Source: an uncultured Faecalibacterium sp.
GTDB lineage: Bacteria; Bacillota; Clostridia; Christensenellales; CAG-917
Assembly: GCA_964495385.1 (NCBI GenBank)
Contig: CAZBVO010000001.1
Span: 2,127 to 66,126 of the forward strand
Length of the DNA: 64,000 nucleotides
Direction of reading: 5' to 3'
Each line of letters opens with the position of its first letter. Within the stretch, counting starts at the first letter, position 1. The position numbers were made by a program, and so were the translations under genes. The notes under the pieces were generated by a model. That model had not been told where the DNA came from and did no database searches. It worked only from the letters and a program-made list of their open reading frames with translations. Positions 41,766-49,773 of the stretch are shown one piece after another.

Positions 41766-41978
41766 TACTATTTGTTCTTCGTTGCCGTCCGAGCCTCCGC
41801 CCTTACCGTTGTCCTTAATAATTCCCGCAACAACCAAAATGCCGCAAAACGCCGTCACCAATTCGTTGACGTACGGAGCGTCGATTTTGACTCCCGCAGT
41901 TTGCAAAAACACCACAATCGCGCCCGACAAAGCAAGCCAAAAGGTTTTGCTTTTCAGTTTTTCCTTAAAGTCGTTCAT
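41763..41978 (-). CDS. phage holin-like protein (71 aa, two TM segments)
   Basis: It has two hydrophobic helices (FWLALSGAIVVFL; LVTAFCGILVVAGII) and a charged C-terminal tail. It is the last gene of the phage operon, and its ATG overlaps the upstream stop (ATGA). Confidence 0.65.
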   Translation of the reverse strand: MNDFKEKLKSKTFWLALSGAIVVFLQTAGVKIDAPYVNELVTAFCGILVVAGIIKDNGKGGGSDGNEEQIV

Positions 41979-42235
41979 ACGGCAGTGTCCTTTGTCGACG
42001 GTTTGGTTCTGCCGGATGCGATGCCGTGATTTTTCATTTCGTCCAAACTGTTTTGGATGTCTTCCAACTTTTCCTTAACGTCGGTGCTCTGCTTGAGGCT
42101 TGCCGACAGCGATTCGATGGTTTTGGTGTATTTAAGTTCTCTTGTTCGCCCGTCTTTCAGCTGATAGAAAAACAGAAACACAAACAAAGCCGCCCAAATT
42201 CCGTTTGCGGTTGCAAGCTTTAAAATTTCCGTCAA
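41975..42235 (-). CDS. BhlA/UviB-family holin-like peptide
   Basis: The N-terminal TM NGIWAALFVFLFFYQLK is followed by RE.KY and a coiled-coil tail, as in BhlA/UviB. The TTG start overlaps the upstream TGA (TTGA) and has no SD. Confidence 0.65.
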   Translation of the reverse strand: MTEILKLATANGIWAALFVFLFFYQLKDGRTRELKYTKTIESLSASLKQSTDVKEKLEDIQNSLDEMKNHGIASGRTKPSTKDTAV

Positions 42236-43260
42236 GTTATGCCGTAGCGGTCGGAGTTGTTTGCACGCTCTTTAAGCAACGATTTCAATTTGTCGTAGTA
42301 GTTTCCCAAATAGTATTTCATGTTTGCGCTCGACTCGAACGCCTGCAAAGCGATGTCGCTGTCGACCGTAAGGTAGTAGCGCAAAGCCAAATCGTAGCGT
42401 TTGGCATAGTTTTCCTGTTTTTCGCTCGAATAGCCGTATTTCTTTTCGTAAGTGGCCTGTTTTTCGGCAGCCTCGGCGGCCTTTTTTGCGCTGTCTGATT
42501 TGTAGTTTTCGATATCTTTCAACCTGTCGGCATCCAGCTGTGCCTGTTTTTTGGCGATATCGTTGTTTGCTTCGATTGCCTCGTTCGACAGTTTCAAGCG
42601 TTCTTCTTTAAGCTCGTCTATCCTTTCGGAAAGTTTTTTCGCATAATCCAAATCGAGGTCGGCAATACTTTTTTGTTTTTCCGTTTCGAGGCTACCGATT
42701 TCTTTTTCGACGTCCGAAATTTTTGCATTGTAAGTATTTACCAAATCTGCGGTTTTTTCGATGCCTGCCTTGTCGTAGCCGCCCAAAATTTCCGAAACGA
42801 TGCTGCTTCTGCCAAGACCTCGTTTCAGCATGTCGTCCGAAGCCGAACTTTTTGCCGAAGCCACGGCGTCTGCGGTTTCTTTTAAAGCCGCCGCCTTGTC
42901 CGTCTCGAGCTTTTGACCGTACTCGGCAAGCTGCTCGCCTTTGTTTTTGGTGTAATCCGAAAGGTTTTGAATCTCTTTGGCGTAGTCACCCGAAAGTTCC
43001 GACTCGGCCTTTAGTTGCAATTGTTCGTCCGTCGACGGAGTATATTCAACCTTTTCCAGCGTGATTTTCGGGAAAAGAGCATCATAATCCGGCTCGGCGG
43101 ACTGATTTTTGGATTCGAGCTGTTGTTCGAGTTGTTTCAGTGCGTCCACAAGTCCGCTGGTCGTTTCTCCCTCGATGGCCGCACCTGCACGTTGGGCCTC
43201 GTCGTCGGCCGCTTCCGATTTTGTTTTAAAAAGATCTTTAATATCATCCCAAATTGACAT
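42232..43260 (-). CDS. phage coiled-coil structural protein (needle/plug- or fibre-like candidate)
   Basis: 342 aa, mostly heptad-rich Ala/Lys/Glu sequence with a Tyr-rich C-terminal knob. It sits after the hub-size gene. The start is set at MSIWDD (ATG 43258-43260) with GGAGG 6 nt upstream. Confidence 0.5.
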   Translation of the reverse strand: MSIWDDIKDLFKTKSEAADDEAQRAGAAIEGETTSGLVDALKQLEQQLESKNQSAEPDYDALFPKITLEKVEYTPSTDEQLQLKAESELSGDYAKEIQNLSDYTKNKGEQLAEYGQKLETDKAAALKETADAVASAKSSASDDMLKRGLGRSSIVSEILGGYDKAGIEKTADLVNTYNAKISDVEKEIGSLETEKQKSIADLDLDYAKKLSERIDELKEERLKLSNEAIEANNDIAKKQAQLDADRLKDIENYKSDSAKKAAEAAEKQATYEKKYGYSSEKQENYAKRYDLALRYYLTVDSDIALQAFESSANMKYYLGNYYDKLKSLLKERANNSDRYGIT

Positions 43261-43369
43261 TTCCATCCTCCGTTTGTTGTAAAAGTTTGATTTTGTTTTC
43301 CAAAACGGCAACTCTGCGTTCCAATCTTTCGACCGCCGCAAGAAGCCCTTCGATTCTAATGTCCGTCAT
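43244..43369 (-). CDS. unannotated 41-aa leucine-zipper-like ORF (MTDIRIEGLLAAVERLERRVAVLENKIKLLQQTEDGNVNLG)
   Basis: Its ATG (43367-43369) overlaps the TGA of the 488-aa gene (ATGA). Its TGA (43244-43246) lies 17 nt inside the next gene. The heptad pattern of L/V/I is clean. It fills an otherwise empty 105-nt gap. Confidence 0.5.
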   Translation of the reverse strand: MTDIRIEGLLAAVERLERRVAVLENKIKLLQQTEDGNVNLG

Positions 43370-44832
43370 GCCAAATCCGCCTCCACCGTAATTGCCGACA
43401 CAAGCGGATCTTTTTTGTCGGTATCAACGGCAAATCCCACGGTTTTGCCTTTTTTGTTGACAACTATTTTCTTCGGTTCCGTGCCGCCTTTGACAAAATA
43501 AGTTTTGCTTTTTCCGTCCAAAGTCACCGTAAAGTTCAAATCCGTCGAAGTGCTTACGTTCACGGTTCTGACGGTCTTGGTTTTATCGGCACGCCCGAGG
43601 TCGGTTTGCGCGCTTTCCCAATGTTTTGGAAGCAGCGTCGAAAACAGCTTTCCCGATTCCGACATCATTCCGATATCGTGCGAATGCTCGCCCCTGAAAA
43701 ACACCAGCATCTCGCTTATGTGCAAGCATTCGACGGAAACAAGGCCTTTTACGTCCGCCCCTCTCAATATGTCGGTATCGCCCGTTTTAAGGTTGATGCG
43801 AACGACGCAATTGTTCGTGCTTCCGTGGTCGGTTTCGGACAAAATTTCTTTTTCGTCCGCGCGCAGGCGGCAAGCAAGATAATAATGCCCCTTAACGTAT
43901 GCTCCCCTTGCTTCGGTGCGATCGCCGTAAAACAAATTTTCAATTTTAGACGCAATATGGGTGAGCGTATAACCGTTAAACGAAAACAGCCCTTCGTCGG
44001 TCAAAAACACTATTCGGTCGCCGCACAGAGCGATGGTGTCGGCAATGATTCTGGATGCGGAAGCGTAAATTTTCGACACCGAGTAATTCTCTTGCGAACC
44101 GTACGCCGTAAGCCTGACAATGCCGTAATCCCTAAAAACGTAAACGTGGTCCAAAAAACTGACGGCCTTTATGACTCTGCCTCCGTCGTCGTCAAAGTTG
44201 ATAAAGCCGCCCTCTTCAAGCGACGTGTTCCAGTTGGACGGATCGAAGTCGTCCGAAAACCACAGGCTGTTCGATTCGCCGGCAACGGTGGCGTAAATGC
44301 GCTCGTAATGCACGCACATGCTTGTAATGCTGGGGGCGTTTTGCGCATACGAAATGCTTTCGCCGTCATAGATATACAGTCCGCCTCCCTTGCCCGCAAC
44401 AATCAAAACGTCCTTGCCGTTGAAGCGGTAGTTCACACTGCAATCGTCGCCGGTAACTGCAATGCCGTCGATTTTGTCAAACGTACCCGTGCTCCAACAA
44501 GGGGCAACGTAATAACTTCCCGTATTTGTCCTAACAACAATTTTATCGTCTCTTTTTGACTCGGTAAAATTATATTTTCGGTAAAAGTGCAAATTTTCGA
44601 TTTTTTCGTTTTCGGGCAAAGCCGGCAAATAATGCCTGAATTTTTTGTCCGTCAACAGCCCCAATTCCGCCTTATCTATCCCTATTTTGGCTCTCAAAGC
44701 TCCGCCTGAAAAAGTAAAATTGTAAGTGTTCGGGCTGAAATTCGGTGCCAAAAGCGAAGCGGCCGTCGAGGCGTCAACACCTTTAAACGGCGATATTCTC
44801 AATCTTACCCGACTTACTTTGGTGCCTCTCAT
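43366..44832 (-). CDS. phage structural protein, tail-hub size and position (P22 gp10-like candidate)
   Basis: 488 aa and beta-rich. The segment SLWFSDDFDPSNW...GRVIKAVSFLDHVYVFRDYGIVRL resembles what I recall of the P22 gp10 'stabilisation protein'. The ATG at 44830-44832 follows GGAGGTG and overlaps the upstream TGA. Confidence 0.45.
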   Translation of the reverse strand: MRGTKVSRVRLRISPFKGVDASTAASLLAPNFSPNTYNFTFSGGALRAKIGIDKAELGLLTDKKFRHYLPALPENEKIENLHFYRKYNFTESKRDDKIVVRTNTGSYYVAPCWSTGTFDKIDGIAVTGDDCSVNYRFNGKDVLIVAGKGGGLYIYDGESISYAQNAPSITSMCVHYERIYATVAGESNSLWFSDDFDPSNWNTSLEEGGFINFDDDGGRVIKAVSFLDHVYVFRDYGIVRLTAYGSQENYSVSKIYASASRIIADTIALCGDRIVFLTDEGLFSFNGYTLTHIASKIENLFYGDRTEARGAYVKGHYYLACRLRADEKEILSETDHGSTNNCVVRINLKTGDTDILRGADVKGLVSVECLHISEMLVFFRGEHSHDIGMMSESGKLFSTLLPKHWESAQTDLGRADKTKTVRTVNVSTSTDLNFTVTLDGKSKTYFVKGGTEPKKIVVNKKGKTVGFAVDTDKKDPLVSAITVEADLA

Positions 44833-45371
44833 TGCGGCCACCTCCTGCTTTTTACAAACAGCCTGATGCTTTTGTTTTTCAGGTATTTAAGGCCGTCGGT
44901 GAAACGTTTGTATGCCGCCGCCGCTTCGGTAGGCATATTTTCGGCATAGCAAAATTCGGCCGCAACACCCTCGGCGACAAGCCATTTTGCAAGACGTTTA
45001 TCCTCGATTTCGCCGTCCAAAGTCAAATCGTCCGCAAGGTAAGCGTATTCCACTGCGGCCTCGCCGTCAAAAGTCGATTCGACGTAGTTTGCTCTCATCT
45101 TAAAGCATTTCGTTTCGCCGTGCGATTTGACCGAAACTATGTAAAGCAAAGGCTTTGTCAGTTCGTCGTAGCGCAACACTCCTTCCGTAAATCGGACGTC
45201 CTCCACGGTCGTCAACGGCAAGTATTCCGTTTCTATTTGCTGATAAACGAGGTTCAAGCACTTCAATGCTTTTTCAACCAACGCATTTTCTTCGGAGGTC
45301 ATCTCCTCAAAATCGATGTCGCCGTAACCGAGTTTAAACAATGCGGCGGCGATTATTTCTTTAACAGTCAT
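44829..45371 (-). CDS. phage head-tail adaptor-size protein
   Basis: 180 aa with an AGGAGG RBS. It lies between the capsid and hub-size genes, where podovirus adaptor (gp4-type) genes sit. I recognised no motif. Confidence 0.4.
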   Translation of the reverse strand: MTVKEIIAAALFKLGYGDIDFEEMTSEENALVEKALKCLNLVYQQIETEYLPLTTVEDVRFTEGVLRYDELTKPLLYIVSVKSHGETKCFKMRANYVESTFDGEAAVEYAYLADDLTLDGEIEDKRLAKWLVAEGVAAEFCYAENMPTEAAAAYKRFTDGLKYLKNKSIRLFVKSRRWPQ

Positions 45372-45380
45372 ACAGTCCTC

Positions 45381-45767
45381 CTATAGTTCGTCGTACAAAG
45401 GAACTTCGGCCCCGCCGTTTTCGAGATAACTTACCAGATTTTTAAGCTTATATTCCCTTTCGTCCCTAGCCGCCTCGCGCCGATTTTCGGCAAGGCGTTC
45501 GTTTGAGCGGTCAATTTCTCCGATAAGGTTTTCGGCATTTTCGGGAGACGTTTGCAAAAAGTAAGTCAAGCTTCTTCCGTCCAATTCTTCAAACGGAAGC
45601 ACCGCACGCCTCTCGTCGCCCATATATACTTCAAAGCGGTTTTTTTCGCGGTTGAAAAAAACTTTCAGCCGCGAATCTATGCCCTTAAATCGGTCCGCTA
45701 TGTCAAAAACGTCCCGACGTATTTCAACCAATTTTCCGTTCAAAAGGTCTCTTCTCAAAAACGACAC
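45381..45767 (-). CDS. phage hypothetical protein (128 aa)
   Basis: GTG start with a GGAGGA RBS. It is the first gene after the major capsid gene. The C-terminal half is charged. I recognised no motif. Confidence 0.4.
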   Translation of the reverse strand: MSFLRRDLLNGKLVEIRRDVFDIADRFKGIDSRLKVFFNREKNRFEVYMGDERRAVLPFEELDGRSLTYFLQTSPENAENLIGEIDRSNERLAENRREAARDEREYKLKNLVSYLENGGAEVPLYDEL

Positions 45768-45793
45768 GGCCGTTTCCTCCTACAATTTATTTG

Positions 45794-46975
45794 CTAAGCG
45801 GTTATGCCGCAAAGTTTGATTTGACCGCTCGGTCTTTCGCAAAGCAAGTCCGCATACTTAACCAAAGTCGCATAATAGGTCGGAGTGCCTGCCATTTGAT
45901 GAAGCACACTGCCGCCCTCGCCCTCGATCCAACGCCAATCGCAAAGCTGATGCAGCTTAAAGTCGTCGGTGTTAAGCATATACATGGTTCCGTCCGCAAC
46001 AAATCTGTCGGCCACCATAGGGATGCCGCTGTAGCTTATGGCTTTGAAGCCGCCGTCAACGTTCATAACGTCGATGTTGGTTGCCTTAGCGGTGACGGTT
46101 TCGATGTATTTGCGACGCACGTCGTAGCTGGCGGAAATGAAATTGATTTCGCTGCCGGAGGCGATTTCCGCTTCGTCGATGGCATTTTGCATCACGTCGA
46201 TAGACAGCGTGCCGCAATCGGATTTAACGTACGGTTTGAGGAAATCGTAATCCGCTCTGTTCAAGCCGTAAAGAGTTTCGCTGTCGCCGAAAATCGCTTC
46301 CAAACCGGTCAGTTCGGCGTCCTTGCTGTTTTGAACGTAAACGGTGCTGCCTGCGGCAAAAGCCGAGCTCGGCACGACGGAAATTCTGATTCTCTGTCCT
46401 GCCTTGTCGATGCCGACGATGCGTTTGTTCTTGCCTGCGGCGGTAATCGTGCCGGAAGCGGTGGCAATATCCACGGTCATGCCCAAAACGAATTTGGAAA
46501 CGTCGTCCACTTTGATGTAGTCGTTGGCGGAACTGTCGGACACGTCTTTTGCCACAACAGTCGCGAGTTTGCCGCTGCCGTCGCCGTAAAGCATACGTCC
46601 GAAGTTCAGTCTGCTTGCTTTAAGCAAGCCGTCCATTTCGGCGTTCAAAAGGTTGATGAATGCGCCGCCGTCGGTCTGAGAAGCACGCAATGCCTTGTCG
46701 GAAATTTCAATTTTTCCGAAAAAGTTTTTAAGCGAAAGTTTAAACTGTTCGTAACCGTTGCCGCCGGCAGTCGGAAGGTTTCCGGTTTCGCTTCCTGCGC
46801 CCACGCCGCCGTTTACGCCGTAAGTGCAAAGTTTGACTATTTCCTTACCTGCAACATCGGCGGAAGTCTGCTCGATTTTTGCAAGAAGCGGATTGATTTT
46901 GCTGTTAAGCTGATCGGTTATAACCGAAAGATAAAAAGATTTGAGTGCCTTTTCGGCGGTTTGAAAATTGATCAT
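45794..46975 (-). CDS. phage major capsid protein (HK97-fold type)
   Basis: 393 aa, preceded by the scaffold gene and by a GGAGA RBS. The Gly/Ala-rich sequence, with FGKIEISDKALRAS and GRMLYGDGSG-type segments, resembles major capsid families. Confidence 0.75.
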   Translation of the reverse strand: MINFQTAEKALKSFYLSVITDQLNSKINPLLAKIEQTSADVAGKEIVKLCTYGVNGGVGAGSETGNLPTAGGNGYEQFKLSLKNFFGKIEISDKALRASQTDGGAFINLLNAEMDGLLKASRLNFGRMLYGDGSGKLATVVAKDVSDSSANDYIKVDDVSKFVLGMTVDIATASGTITAAGKNKRIVGIDKAGQRIRISVVPSSAFAAGSTVYVQNSKDAELTGLEAIFGDSETLYGLNRADYDFLKPYVKSDCGTLSIDVMQNAIDEAEIASGSEINFISASYDVRRKYIETVTAKATNIDVMNVDGGFKAISYSGIPMVADRFVADGTMYMLNTDDFKLHQLCDWRWIEGEGGSVLHQMAGTPTYYATLVKYADLLCERPSGQIKLCGITA

Positions 46976-47004
46976 TTTTTTCTCCTTTAAATTTTATTGT
47001 GACA

Positions 47005-47610
47005 TTACTTAAACATATCTTCCGCCATTTGCTTAGCCTCACGAAGCGACTTCGGCTTTTTTGGCGGAGTTATGATCGTGCGTCCGCTGTCACCCACGGT
47101 TTTAGGATTTCTGTTTGCGCTTTTTGCGTCAAAAAATCTTTCGGCGCAGGCGGCGACGACGTCCTTGTTCGACAATACGTAGTCTTCCAAAAATCCTTCA
47201 CTGTTCAAAATATCTTCGGCAGAACGGTATTTTGGCGCAAGCAGCTGTCCCAAAGCACACCAAAGTGCCGCTTCGTCCTCGACGTCCACCCCCTCAAACG
47301 ATAGGGCAATTTCGTCTTGAATCGGCAACAGATTTGGATACTTCGATACCGTTTCGGCCACTGCCGTTTGCGTCTTGATTTTGCCTTCCTCTTTCAGGAG
47401 ATTTGCTTTATTTAAGTCGTCAATTTGCTTTTCAAGGGTTTTAAGTCGCTGACTACGACGTGTAAACTCCTTTTCCAGCGCACTGTAGGCCGCATAAAGT
47501 TCGTCCTTGTTGGAAAATTTTCCGATTGCTTCCTCTTTTTCGGCGGTCGGATTAACCTCTTTGCCGTTTTCGGTCTCGACTGCTTCGTTTTCGGAAATTT
47601 GATCTTTCAT
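47005..47610 (-). CDS. phage scaffolding protein
   Basis: 201 aa, acidic and helical, with the ELYAAYSALEKEFTRRSQRLK motif common in scaffold (DUF4355-like) proteins. It lies between the portal and capsid genes. Confidence 0.65.
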   Translation of the reverse strand: MKDQISENEAVETENGKEVNPTAEKEEAIGKFSNKDELYAAYSALEKEFTRRSQRLKTLEKQIDDLNKANLLKEEGKIKTQTAVAETVSKYPNLLPIQDEIALSFEGVDVEDEAALWCALGQLLAPKYRSAEDILNSEGFLEDYVLSNKDVVAACAERFFDAKSANRNPKTVGDSGRTIITPPKKPKSLREAKQMAEDMFK

Positions 47611-47621
47611 TGTCGTTCCTC

Positions 47622-49484
47622 CTAAATATTTTCCGTTGATTTAATCATGGTCGCAAGTTGTCCGTGCTGTTCGATATGCTCGGTAATTTTGCGCTTAACT
47701 TCGCTGTCGCCGTCATATTCTTGCGACAGAATAAATTTCGTATGTTCGGCGATATGGATGCTGTGTTCGTCCGTTTTGTCCGGCTCGACGTCGGTTCCGT
47801 CGGCCATTTTCAAATTTTCTCTCATGGCCTTTTTGATGTTCAATTCTTCGATGTCTTTGCTGTGTTCCCAGTTTCCGAAGCCCAAAATCTCCAACACTCT
47901 GGCCTTGTTTCTCGGCGAAACCGAGCCGTTTTCTTCGTTCAAAAGCCCCATGCTCAAAATCTGCATAACCATGCTTCTTCTCGAAGCGGCAGTGTCGGAC
48001 AAATCGTTTTCAGTGTCGAAAGCGATGTCGTCGGACGTGAGGTCGTTGCCGACAAAGTACACCAAATCCACCTCGCCGTTTTCGCCGGCAATACGTTTGA
48101 GTCGGCGCGTAGTGGCAAACTGTTTATACAAACGCAAAATCTGTTTGCCGATTTCCAAAATGGCGGCGCGCAAATTGTTTGCGGTTATGCTCATACGGGT
48201 ATCGTCCTGTTCGATTATGAGGCTTATCGCCGTACCGCTGGTTACGTTTTCGGGAACTCTGCTGTATCCCATAACTTCCGAAACGCCGGAAATCATGGTA
48301 AACTCTTGCAAAAGTCGGTCCTCCTCTCGCTGGAAATCCGCCGGAACGCTGCCGGCATTCATCATAACGGGAGGGTTACTACCCTGTCTGTAAACCAAAA
48401 TTTTGCCCGGACAAAGCCCTTCGTCCGCAAGCTGTTCGGTGTCCACGCTTCCGTCCTCAACCGCCAAAACACCCATGGCGATTCTGTTCAAAAATTCCAG
48501 TTTTCGGTTTTTGACCGCATTGTAAGCTCGCTGTACGGGGATACATCTTTCCACTATGCTTGCGCCGAAAAACGCACCGGCATTGTCCAGCGACACCTGC
48601 TTAACGAACGGATATTTCCGTTTTCCGCCCTCGCCGTTCATGTACGGAAGTTCGCCGTAGTGGCAAAGTTTGTCGCCTGCAACGATAATGTGTCTGCCGT
48701 TAGGAAACTCGGAAGTCGGCATTTCGAATTTTTCAATCACCACAACGGCATCTTCTTTTATTTCCGTATCCGCCGCCGGCACCGTCGAGCCGTAACCGAA
48801 TCCGCCGTGAACGGTCATATTTTCCATGTTAAAAACGTTCACTCTTTGCGGTTCGGCCTTAACGCCCCAAATGTCTTCGACGTCTTTTACCGAGTAGGCC
48901 TTAACGTGCATAACGGAAGGTTGTTTATCCAAATCGCCGTCCAAAGTTTCGGGATAAATTTCAAACGGCGGCACAACCATAACCGAAACGTCGCCGTCGG
49001 TTGCCGTTCGGCCTTCGAAAGAATATTTCGGTCCCTTGTCTCCGTCCCAAACCACCTTGTAAAACACCGTTCCGCAAATTTCGCTCCAATAGTTTGCCGC
49101 CGAAAGAAGATTCGGAAGCTTGTTTTCGGCAATAATGCTGTTTAATATTTGCGTGCTGAGTTTTGCGGCCGAAACGTCTTGTTCGTCGGTGGTCAGCGGA
49201 CGCACCGTAACGCCGCTACGCACTCTCGACAGCTTTGCAAGCCTTGTCTCGACTATAGGCGCAATGTGGTTAAAAACAGACCTTTTCTGCCAATAAAACT
49301 GTTTGTTTTCCTCGTCCAATTCGCCCCGAGCGTTGATTTCGCTGAATTGATTGCCTGCCATAAAATTCATATTCAATCGCCATGCCTGTTCGGTTGTTCG
49401 CCTTGCATGACGGCGTTTTTCGAAATCGGCCCTGACGTCGGCAACCAACTGTTCCTGAAATACGTTTGTAAGTTTGTTATTCAT
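47622..49484 (-). CDS. phage portal protein
   Basis: 620 aa, immediately downstream of the terminase. Size and position are typical of a portal. The acidic C-terminus is consistent with that call. Confidence 0.75.
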   Translation of the reverse strand: MNNKLTNVFQEQLVADVRADFEKRRHARRTTEQAWRLNMNFMAGNQFSEINARGELDEENKQFYWQKRSVFNHIAPIVETRLAKLSRVRSGVTVRPLTTDEQDVSAAKLSTQILNSIIAENKLPNLLSAANYWSEICGTVFYKVVWDGDKGPKYSFEGRTATDGDVSVMVVPPFEIYPETLDGDLDKQPSVMHVKAYSVKDVEDIWGVKAEPQRVNVFNMENMTVHGGFGYGSTVPAADTEIKEDAVVVIEKFEMPTSEFPNGRHIIVAGDKLCHYGELPYMNGEGGKRKYPFVKQVSLDNAGAFFGASIVERCIPVQRAYNAVKNRKLEFLNRIAMGVLAVEDGSVDTEQLADEGLCPGKILVYRQGSNPPVMMNAGSVPADFQREEDRLLQEFTMISGVSEVMGYSRVPENVTSGTAISLIIEQDDTRMSITANNLRAAILEIGKQILRLYKQFATTRRLKRIAGENGEVDLVYFVGNDLTSDDIAFDTENDLSDTAASRRSMVMQILSMGLLNEENGSVSPRNKARVLEILGFGNWEHSKDIEELNIKKAMRENLKMADGTDVEPDKTDEHSIHIAEHTKFILSQEYDGDSEVKRKITEHIEQHGQLATMIKSTENI

Positions 49485-49773
49485 TTTGTCTCCTTTTTTC
49501 CTCGCTTTCTTTTAGCGCTGAAAGCAATCGCTGTTTCTCTTCCAAAAGGCGGCTTTCGGACAGTTCGCCCAGTTCCGACTGTCCGCCCGACAACTCCGCA
49601 ACCGATTTAATGGCCACGGTATCGGGCGGATAGTATTTTTTGGTAACCTTTTTTTTCAAAAGCACAAAATCGCCGTCGGCATTGGTGCCGTACTCTTCCA
49701 CTATTTCGTCGGCGGTAAAGCCCGTCGCCTTTTTGGTCAAAGCAGCCTTTAATTTTTTTGGTAAGCCGTTCAT
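49477..49773 (-). CDS. small phage protein between TerL and portal (98 aa)
   Basis: It is coupled by an ATGA overlap to TerL and overlaps the portal start by 8 nt. The segment KKVTKKYYPPDTVAIK resembles a motif I associate with some small-terminase proteins, but this is a weak call. Confidence 0.4.
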   Translation of the reverse strand: MNGLPKKLKAALTKKATGFTADEIVEEYGTNADGDFVLLKKKVTKKYYPPDTVAIKSVAELSGGQSELGELSESRLLEEKQRLLSALKESEEKRRQNE

